Below, one piece after another: positions 1 through 9,700 of a stretch of DNA of 20,000 bases; position 1 is the first letter of the stretch; each line of letters begins with the position of its first letter. Origin of the DNA: Rhizaria sp. SCN 62-66 (lineage: Eukaryota). The stretch lies in contig MEDY01000292.1 of assembly GCA_001724265.1 (NCBI GenBank), positions 52,926-72,925 of the forward strand. The letters are read 5' to 3'. The notes under the pieces were generated by a model that was not told the origin of the DNA, ran no database searches, and saw only the letters and a list, made by a program, of their open reading frames with translations. Both the position numbers and the translations under genes were made by a program.

Positions 1-2224
1 AGGTCTTGCCGTCGCCCTCGAACTCGGACTCGCACTCCGAGAGCTCGCCATCGCTGGTGTCACCGCCGGTGTTGTCACTATTGTGCTGAGCGATGACTGC
101 GTAGCGGAACTCCATCTTGTTCTGGGTGAGCGTGCCAGTCTTGTCGCTGAACACGAAGTCGACCAGTCCCAGGTCTTCGTGCAGGGTCGAGGTATTGCAC
201 TTGACGCCGCGGCCGAGCTTGTTCGACCACAGCCGTAGGTCCCACTCCAAGAGGTACGAGTTGGAGAACTTGACGAGCTGCGCAGACACGACGAGCGAGA
301 TGGGCACCATCGATGACAGCAGAATCATCCAGCTAAAAGTCGCCGCGATGCCGATGACAAGCGCGTCGCCCTCGCCGACACGTTCGGCGCGCAGATACCA
401 GTGCTTGCTAGCGTTGCCAAGCCAGGCGCCGGCGTAGGCGCCGCCGATGAGGCACAGCAGGATCTGCACAGCGAACATGATCGTGATGAAGCGGTCGACG
501 AGCCGCAGCACGCGCGAGGTCTTGACCGGCGACGCCTCGCCTTCGACAATCGAGCGGCGGATCTTGGTGTCGTCCGAGGTGTAGACGGTGAGCCCGATGA
601 TGAAGTCGCAGTTGCGGAGCACGGTCTCGCGCAGCAGCAGGTGCTTGTGCGAGAGAGGGATTACGGTCGGCGCAGAGCCCGGCGCGAAGGCGTCCAGAGA
701 CTCAGTCGCAGCACTAGTGTTGTTGTTGCTGTTGGGCAGCGGCAGACGCGGGGTGACGGTGAGCGTGCCGCGGAACCTGTCGAAGTGGGCGTTGGGCGCC
801 TCAAACCGTACGTGCAGGTCGACCAAACGGAGGCTGTCGCCGCTGCCTTCGCCGCGATCCTCGATCAGCGGCCGAAGCGCGTGGGGTGCCGACATGACCT
901 CGAGCGTGGTCTCGCCGTTGAGGTTGGCCTTGTCCACGAAGCACTGACCGCGGGGCTCGCTCGAGCCCAGCAGCACGAGGTCGCAGGGAATCATCTGGTT
1001 CTTGTACACTTTAACTATGGAGCCAATCTTCATGTCGCCGCTGTTGCACACCTCGAACGCCTGGTTGTCATGCAGCAGCTTGGCGCGGATCGCGTGCCGC
1101 TGCGCCGACTCCGCGCTCGCCGCCGCGCCGCCGCCGTCCGCGCCAGCGCCGCCGCCCGCGCCGCCCGCGTTCGCAGTACTTGCGCCGGTCAGCGGGGGCT
1201 CGCCGGGGAGCGTCAGCAGGGACTGCCACTGGATGCGGCGGCGCTTCGAGCTCTGCCCCTCGCACTCGAACAGATCGCTCGGGCTCACGACGACCGTGCT
1301 GGGGTCGACGGCCACTGCGGTGCTCAGCGACGGGTGCGGCAGCGGCTCCAGCGAGAGCGGCGGCGCGGCCTGGCTCTGCGAGGGCGTCAGCGTCGGCGTC
1401 GTCGTGATCGCCAGCGACAGCGGCAGCGCGGGCGCCTGGTAGTTGTCGCCGGCGGCGTTGCTCTGAGGGTTGTTGGTCACGATCGCCAGCGAGTGCGGAG
1501 TCGCGTACGCGCCTTGAGCACCGTACGCAGCGCCGCGGGTGTGAGCGTTGTGGTTGTAGCTGTAGTTCGAATTGTTGTTGCCGCCGCCGCCGCCGCTGCC
1601 GGTGGAGAAGGGACTCGTGGCGGAGAAGGCGCCGCTGTAGCGAGCGGGCAGCGGCTCGAGACGCCAGTACTTTGTCTTGTTGCGCGCGGCATCAGCCAGG
1701 TGCCGCGAGCGGTCCTCGAGCGCGGCGCGCACGGCGCCAACAAAGATGATAAGCGCGAGCGGCGAGTAGATGGTCGGGAGCCCGTTGGTGGTGGTGACGG
1801 CGGGAATCATCTGGAAGATACCGATGATGAGGAAGTACAGATTCGCGCGGTTTGAGAACTGCAGCAGCGTGTTCTTCGGCAGGAAGTTCCACCAGGTGTA
1901 CTGCGAGGTAATGACCTTGTTGTCGTGCGAGTACCGGGGAATATTGGCGAGGTACTTGACGCGGCCGCCGCGGATCAAGGCAGCGCGGTCCGAAGGCAAG
2001 CCTCCCGCGGCAGCTGCGGCGGCGGCGGCGGCGGCGGACGCAGCGGAGGCCGAGGCGGCCGCCGCAGAGGTGGGAGGTGAGGAAATGGGCGAAGTAAAGG
2101 CGGAGGCCGGCTGGCTGCCGTGGTGGCCGTGGCTGCCGTGGCCGCCGTGGCCGCCGTAGCCCGTGTGCGGCGAGGAGGGGAGACTGCTACTCGCCCCCGC
2201 AGTCCCCGAGGCAGGAGTGCTCAT
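1..2224 (-). CDS. P4-type ATPase (phospholipid flippase), N-terminal ~741 aa; continues beyond the left edge
   Basis: Manual translation from the ATG at 2224 stays open to position 1. Motifs: DNKVITSQYTWWNFLPKNTLLQFSNRANLYFLIIGIFQMIP (N-terminus/TM1); PLALIIFVGAVRAALEDRSRH (TM2); IPCDLVLLGSS...CFVDKANLNGETTL (actuator); LLLRETVLRN; TM4 VPISLVVS (P4-specific PISL); HEDLGLVDFVFSDKTGTLTQNKMEF (phospho-Asp codon at 143-145, in frame with the ATG). No intron is needed. Confidence 0.95.
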   Translation of the reverse strand, partial: MSTPASGTAGASSSLPSSPHTGYGGHGGHGSHGHHGSQPASAFTSPISSPPTSAAAASASAASAAAAAAAAAAGGLPSDRAALIRGGRVKYLANIPRYSHDNKVITSQYTWWNFLPKNTLLQFSNRANLYFLIIGIFQMIPAVTTTNGLPTIYSPLALIIFVGAVRAALEDRSRHLADAARNKTKYWRLEPLPARYSGAFSATSPFSTGSGGGGGNNNSNYSYNHNAHTRGAAYGAQGAYATPHSLAIVTNNPQSNAAGDNYQAPALPLSLAITTTPTLTPSQSQAAPPLSLEPLPHPSLSTAVAVDPSTVVVSPSDLFECEGQSSKRRRIQWQSLLTLPGEPPLTGASTANAGGAGGGAGADGGGAAASAESAQRHAIRAKLLHDNQAFEVCNSGDMKIGSIVKVYKNQMIPCDLVLLGSSEPRGQCFVDKANLNGETTLEVMSAPHALRPLIEDRGEGSGDSLRLVDLHVRFEAPNAHFDRFRGTLTVTPRLPLPNSNNNTSAATESLDAFAPGSAPTVIPLSHKHLLLRETVLRNCDFIIGLTVYTSDDTKIRRSIVEGEASPVKTSRVLRLVDRFITIMFAVQILLCLIGGAYAGAWLGNASKHWYLRAERVGEGDALVIGIAATFSWMILLSSMVPISLVVSAQLVKFSNSYLLEWDLRLWSNKLGRGVKCNTSTLHEDLGLVDFVFSDKTGTLTQNKMEFRYAVIAQHNSDNTGGDTSDGELSECESEFEGDGKT

Positions 2225-3723
2225 TGTGGACGAGGTGGGCTTCGCGTGAGAAGCAGGTAAAGCGGGTTCGAAACCGCCGCGCTAGAAAAAGCTTGGCAAG
2301 ACGCGGACGGAGAGAAGAGTCGGAAGTTGGATGGCAAAATGCCTGGGGAAAAGAGTGACAGTCCAAGTTGCGAGCGGTCAAGTCAAGACAGTCGCTCTGC
2401 TGGATTCCTATTCAGAAGCAAAGGAACAGGAGTTGCGGCAAGAAAAATATAAATTACGGGTAGAGTTAAATGTGAGCCTTTGCGTAAAGCCGAAGAATAG
2501 GAGAAATACTGTGGCTGGAGAGGGAGATGCGAAAGAAGAAAGAAGTGGGAGATCAAGGAGGGGGCGGTTGACACGAACAAGCGACATCACACGCAAAATG
2601 AATTTATGAAGCTATATGCAAATCACAGTAATGACAAAACACCTGGATCTGTTTGAGCACTTGATATCATTCCTATTCAATGATGCTGATGCGAGAAATT
2701 CGTCTTCGAAAACGCCTCTCGTGGTCTACGTCTTTGCTAGTCGCGCCACTGCCTGGGCTGCTGGACTCGATCCACCACAAGCGTCCTCCGTAAACACTAA
2801 AGCACAGATATATCACTGTAAAAAGTGCTTGATGTGTCTATTTTGAACTATAGCTCGGGTTCGTGAAATTTATATATTATATTATGGAATTGCACTAAAT
2901 TATATTGATTTATATTGTATTAAGCTTCTCTTAGTGTTAGGAGTTGTGCAATTGTTACTTACTCCTCAGTGTTGACAACAACTTCTTACGCAGCTGAACA
3001 CAGATATTAACGTTAAATAACAGAAAAAAGTCTTTTGGCAACCAGTAATAAAAACACTCTGCGTTATTATGTTCGTGATTGTCTCAAATACTTAGAGATA
3101 TATCCCATTGGGTTAAGCGAGCGATAACTTGAAAAACACTTGTTGCCATCAGTTGTGCAATGGTGAAGTGCGTAGTGCTACGAGGGCGAGTTGCAAGTGA
3201 AATGTAAGGTGCAAATGTTGGCGGTTTTAATCATGGTGACGTCAACATATCGTTTTATGTTGCTTGTGGCCGACTCTACACTCTAAAATTACAAGTGTCT
3301 CTTGATAATGTCATCTTAGTTCACTGGATAAATCATCAAAACCAATGCCTTTAAGTGCGAAAGCAACGTATAACATAAGATACAATTGATATTATGCTTT
3401 ACTTGAAATTAATCAGAAAGGCTGATATTAATACTGTTTTAAGATCTGGAATGTTGATGCTTGCAAGCAATCGAGCGCGACCCGACTAGACTCAGCTTTG
3501 CCCGCGCAAAGCATCGGAATTTGATAGCGAATATCTCGCGCTTTAATCGTAATAATGTAATTTCTTGACTGGTACAGATATTTTCTAGTGTTAAAATTAA
3601 CTTTCCTTTAATAATATAATCACAGTATATATTCACGTCTCGTAATCCTTGTTTGAATCCTCCCTTAGATCGCGCCTACAACACGCGCGGCGCGCTTTGG
3701 TGGGATCGTCCGTCTCTCCCCCG
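2225..3723. promoter_or_regulatory. Divergent intergenic/promoter region between the P4-ATPase and PRIM2 genes
   Basis: AT-rich 1.5-kb spacer between head-to-head start codons with no credible ORF. Promoter function is inferred from position only. Confidence 0.5.
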
Positions 3724-6708
3724 ATGTCGGCGCCACCAACCTCCAGCAAGCTCGAGCGGCTGCGGCGCAACCCATCATACGCCGTTAACCCGCTTGTAGG
3801 CCTTAGATCCTTTGCGCGCAGGGCATCTGTGTTGCCTCAGTACGGGCCCGCTCTCCCGCCAACCTCATCACACAACAGCAACTTCAGTTCGAACAACACC
3901 AGCAACAGCGCCACCACCTTTTCTGCTTCTGCTATGGTGGCCACTTCTAGTGTTTCTGCAGCCGCGACGCCCTCAGCAAGCTTTGGGCCTCGGTCCCGGC
4001 TGTCCAACGCGTCCGCTGAGCTAAGCGACCGCGACGACGACGACGACGACGCTGACAATGAGTCGAACAGCGACAACATGTACGCCCGTGCGAGTGCCAA
4101 TGCCAGTTATGATATTCCCATGACAGGAAGCGTTGACGCGCCGCAGCATGTGTCAAAGCGCTCTCGCCTCGCTCCAGCCGCAATCCCCGTCACCGCCAAC
4201 AAAGCCAACAACAGTCACATTGCTCGCAATCGCTTTGACGTGCAGCTAGCCCCGTTCTGCGAGCGCTGCGGCCGCAACATGGCCAACAACAACGCAAACA
4301 CTGAACTTAATGCTAATTCTGTTAGTATGGCCGCGAATACGAGTGCGAGGGGTGGCATCAGCAGTTTGAGCGAGGTTTGCCTCTGTTTGCCGCTGAATGC
4401 CACCGCATCGTGGTGTTACCGCGGCAACAAGAGCGGCCATGGCATTGATACTGGCAGCGTAGACAACGGTGCTGGAGCAGCTATCAGTCGCCGCAAGAGC
4501 AAGAGCAGCAATCGCGATGCTCCCGGCGGCGACGAGGCTGACGCCTTTTCCAACGCTCCAACTCTAACCAGCTACTCGTGTGACACAACGCAGCTGGCTA
4601 TGGACGACTCTGACATCAGCAAGGCGAGCGGTCAAGCAACTGAGAGTAGCAACGGGTCAGAAACCTCGACAGTTTCACTCACATGTACGTTTTTCTCGAA
4701 TTATTATGTCTGAGTATTAACACCTGACACTTCAGACACTTTTATTGAACTTGTTTTGCGATATAACTGACTTACACATCTTTTTGTTTCAATGCATCCC
4801 GAACCGTTCCGTAGATTCCTCTTGTCTCCCGCCTCTGCCTGCCTCTGGAACGAGTGCAAGGACAACTGCGAGTGGGGGCGCGAGTGCTGTATCCGTGCCA
4901 CAACTCGCCGCCGCCGTCGCCGCCCGCGCCGCCGCGCTATCCAGTATCTGCACGGCCGCGGTCGCGTGCACCGGCTTGTGGAGCAGTGCGGACGCGCAGA
5001 GCAAACTGCTGGCGCTCGCTGCTGCGCTCACGACGACCGCAGGTGAGCCGCGAGCAGCAACAGCAGGAAACACAAAACTTCCTACAATTTCCAACACAAT
5101 CACAAACACAAACGCAAACAGCGTCACTAACGCCAACCTTGCTGCCGTATTTGCAAATGCTGCGACTTTGTTTCACAACAAGCTGCTGCACTTGACATCG
5201 ACTGGTGCGAATAACAACAAATGCGACTGCGAGCAGAGTAGCGGCTCTGAGCAGGGGTTGTGGAGCTCGCTTGCGTGGCTTACTCCGCTCGATGCGCAGA
5301 ACGGGCGTTTACAGTCATCAAACCCGCATGTTCGTTCTGCCCCAAGGTCTAGTGCGGGTGCGAGCGCTTGTGCGAGCGTGAGTGATCGTTCTGCTGTTGA
5401 TGCTGATACCGACGCTGACGCCAACGTGACCGCTGGCGCTGGTGCGTGGGCTGTAACGAGGGCGCTGACGCTCACGCCCTCGCTCGCCACCGCTCTCTCG
5501 CTCACAAGCACAGCCACCCCGTCTGCGCACACAGCCGCCGCTGGCGGTTCCAGCAATCGCGGTCACACCGCTCCTGCGAGCGCAAGCGCGAGTACGAGCG
5601 TCGCTGCTGATGCGGCGGCGTTTCGGCTCCTGATCTCGACGCCTGCATCAGCACTGCAAGCCGCCCACAGTCACTCTGCCGCCGCAGCAAGTGCTGTTTA
5701 CAGTCAGTTGGGAAATGGCAACGTGCCCGCAGCTGAAGCGAGCTTGTTTCACGCGAACTCCACTCTACTGACGGCGCAAGCGGCTCGCAGTCTATTGACG
5801 GCCACTCCGAGTGGTTCCGCTCAGTCTCTCTGTCACGCGACGGAGGCCGCGAGGCTGTTATCTTCTCTCGGTGTCAAAACAAGGCTTGTGACCGTGAGCA
5901 AGCGTTCTCTCTCTGCCAAAGCGAACACTCCTTCTTCTCATGATGGCTTAATATTTGACGCCAGGGACCATGAGCAGCAGCAACAGCAGTATTGTCGCGG
6001 TCACTGTCAGCAAAACACGTCCCCAGTGGTATTATCAGCCACGGCTGCGGGATCAACGTGGCGGCACTTGCTGTCTGCAGCTGCGGTGAGCGCGCGTGCC
6101 GAGGCTGCGGCGAACCTTGCTGCCGCGGGTCTAAGGGGGTACTTAGACCAGGACAACTCGACGCCAACGAAGACAGATAGGACTGAGACTGGCCCTAGTT
6201 CAAGCAGTTCTAGTGCCAGCGAGCAACAACAGCTGCAGCAGCCGCGGTCGTTTGTGTCGTTGCTTGCTTCTAATGCAACTAACGCACGGCTGTGGCGCTG
6301 CGTTGCTCTGCAAGGCGGCGGTAAAGTTAGCGCAAAGCACTTAAGCAACAGCCCTAACGATAATAGTGGTGCGTTGCTGTTTGTCATGGTCCCTGCGGTT
6401 GCTTTAATCCACTTATCCGGCCCTTTTTTCGGCACTGAGAGCTTCGACTCTGTGCCGAGTAAAGTTGAAACACGGCAAATCAGGTACTGGCACCGCCGTC
6501 TGTCGCCATCTGCAGCTACAAACACCACTAAAAACAACACGGCCGCGAACATGAACGCCAACGCTAATGACTCTGAGACCGACAGTGACACTGACGATGA
6601 CGACGACGATAATGATGATGATGATGATGATGATGACGGAGACAGTGGCGCTGACAGTGATGACAATGATGTCGATGCGATTGCAGACGTGCTACTCCCA
6701 ACATTAGC

Positions 6709-6745
<37 letters not shown>

Positions 6746-9700
6746 GCAACGGCAACGGCAGCTCCAACAAACCTGAACACCAATACCAGCACAAACTCAA
6801 GTACCACCACCAGCACGACTCTCACTGACCCGAACGCCAAGACCAATCCGACCGTTAATGCCCCGATGCCACCGCCACCGCTGCTGCCGCCGCCGCTGCC
6901 CCCGCGCAGCTCCCCGCTCGCGGCCGCGGTGCTGCTGTTTAAGGGCCGGGCTCTGCTTACGGTCACGCAGGCGCGCTCCGTGGCGACGGCGGCGCTGCAT
7001 CACAGGTACCTCGCCCTTGCCCGTCTGCCTCCCAGTACCGGCAGCAGCGTCAACGCCAACAAGTCTCGTATGCACGCTGAACAGCAGCAAGAGCAGTGTC
7101 AGTGCGGCTGTGTAACGACGAGTAAATCCCTGTCACCCGCTTGTATTGGACCCGCCCCCTCGCCGCCGCCTCTGCTGCCCACGGCCCCATTCGCCCGCCT
7201 GCCGCCCGCGGTGCGCGGCGCGCTGGCTGCCGCGGCCGCGGGAGTCGGCCGGCTTGGCGCGCGGGCTGCCGCGGCCGCGGTGGCGGCGAACGAGGCCGTG
7301 AGCGCGGTCGAGAAGGGGCTGCGCAAGCTCGTGCTTGCGGTCACCGCGCTGAACCGCATTGCGGCCGTGCGCAACCATAGCAGCGGCAGCAACAATATTG
7401 GCAGCGAGCATGACAAGCAAGTGACGGTGGGCGGTGCCCATAGTCTGAGTAACACTGATAGAAACAACTTCGACACTGTCGCAACCAGTGATGTTGCTGA
7501 AGCGTCTGCCGCCGCTGCTAGTAACGCTGCATTACACGCTGCCGCCCTATCTCTGCTCTCTGCACTAGGTGCCGTCATCACAACTACGGCCGCCGCAGCC
7601 GAGGCCGCCGCAACCGCCTCCGCCGCGGCTCTGGCCGCCGCAGCCGCCACGGCCGCCGCGCGCGCGGGCCCAGGCGCCGGCCCGGCCTCCGCCGCCGCCG
7701 CCGCTGCCCACAGTCATCTCACAGGAGGAGGCGGCGGCGGCGGCGGCGGTGCTGGGGGCTGGGGCGGGTTTGAGACCAGCGACTCCGACAACGGCGCCAT
7801 TGCAACCTCAACAGCTCCAGCATCGGCCGCAGCCCACAGCGATACGTCGGATGCCGACGCTGGCTTGAGCGCGAGCGCGAGCGTCGGTGCCGGCGTCGCA
7901 GGCTGGGGCGGCAAGGGCTGGGTGGCGGGCTCGCTGGCCGTCAACAGGCTGCGGGCGCTGGGCAAGGAGGCCGCGACATCTGTGGCGACTCTGCTGAGGC
8001 CGGCGGCCGCAGCGGCGGTCACGGCGGCGGCGGCGACTGCTGCGGCGGCGGCGAACGCTGCGGCGGAGGCGAACGCGAACGCTGTGCTTGCCCGCAAGAG
8101 CGGCAGCAAGATGAAGAGCAAGGACAAGAGCTCGGATGCTAGTGCTCATGCAAGTAGTAGTGCCGCCTCAGTTGGCGTGAGCGGAGTCCAGGTGTCGTCC
8201 TTGGTCGCAAGCGACGGCGCGATCCGCAAATGCTGCCAGTTGCTGCTGCAGCAACAGCAACAAGGTGTTCATGCTAACGCTGACGTGAGCGATCGTCTTG
8301 CCGATGGAATTGCAGGTAATGATGGCATCAGCAGTTCAGGACTACTCACGGTCACTCGTGTGCTCACAGTCACTGCTTTACGTCTTGTGCTGCAACTACT
8401 GCTGCCATCAACAGCAACAGCAACAGCAACAACGCCAGCAGCAGCAGGAGGCTCCCACTTGCATTTCGGCTCAGAAGCTCAAGCAATCAAGTTTATTAGT
8501 CATGACTTATTCTCAAGTCGTAATGCAAACATCAACAGTGGCTCCATCACGAATGCTAATGCAACTACAGCTGCTAAGAAGACGAATGTAAATCCGCATG
8601 GGAGTGTAAGTGCCCCGCAACACATCACCCTCAGTCTCCCTTCCACTTACAAGTACTACCACTAGTACTCACCTGAACAACTCCAGCAACAACAGGAGCA
8701 AACTAAGGAGACGGGCACAAACACTGGCGCTAATCCTGACACCCGCAGCCGCAGTGATCGTGCTCGCCGCGGCCGATACGTGACGCTGTCGCTGCCTCTC
8801 ACGGTTACTCTGCCGCTGGCATTGACGCCCATGGCAGTTGCGACGCTTGTCGCCGCTGCCACGGCTGCTGTGACCAACTCTAGCCTCAACAGCCTTGCAA
8901 TGACAGCGACCGCCGTGGACTCACTGCCGCTGCCGTGCTCTGCGCTGCCTCTCCCTCCTCTGCCTTCTCTCATCGCAACCGCAACCAGTGTGACGACGGC
9001 ACTCGCCCCGTTTGCGGGCGTTGTCGGCATCTACGCCTCGCTCACCCGCGGCAACGGCGGTCTCAGCACCCTCATCGGCGGCAATGTAAGTGCTCCTGGT
9101 TCAGGTGGTCTAAGCACCTTCAGCAATCTCAACGGGAACACTCACCACAGTGCGGGGCTCGGGCGGCTTGTTTTCGATATGAACAAAATCATCCCTTTCA
9201 TCTCCCCCTCAACCAGCGCAAGCAACGTCAATGCGAGCACTGCTAACCTTCACAATGCGGGCAGCGGCGGCCTCAACAGGGGCGCGGCAGCGGTGGCAGC
9301 GCTCGCCGCGGCGACGGCGGCGGCAGCGGCGGCCTCAGCAGCAGCCGCAGCGGCGGCCAGGGGCCAGCAGCCACAGCCGCTGTCGCACGGCAGCAGCGAC
9401 GCGTTGGCGGCTGCGGCGGCGGCGGTCACTGCGGGCGCGGTTGGCGCGAGCGTAAGCATTGGCAGTCTTGTTGCTCCAACACGAGGAGTGAATGCAGCTC
9501 CAAACAAATCTGCGTCGATCACATTGCTCAGTCAAGACAACTCTGACCAAGATGGCGACGGTGAGTATGACGACAATCGCGTTCACCGCTCCAGCATTGA
9601 CGACGATAACGATGATGCGACGACATTAAGCAAGAGCAAGAGCATCAAAATGACCGACAAGGACGACGGCAACGACGACGGCGATGACTATGGCTTTGTG

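Noticed and set aside
401-1855. 484-aa plus-strand ORF and other short ORFs over 1-2200
   Set aside because: Antisense shadows of the P4-ATPase, which has clear motifs on the minus strand.
2745-2800. GGATCGAGTCC T-loop/B-box-like motif on the minus strand
   Set aside because: No cloverleaf (acceptor, D or anticodon arms) could be built.
4255-4390. FCERCG...CLC possible zinc-binding motif in PRIM2 exon 1
   Set aside because: Embedded in low-complexity sequence with irregular spacing; not enough support for a domain call.
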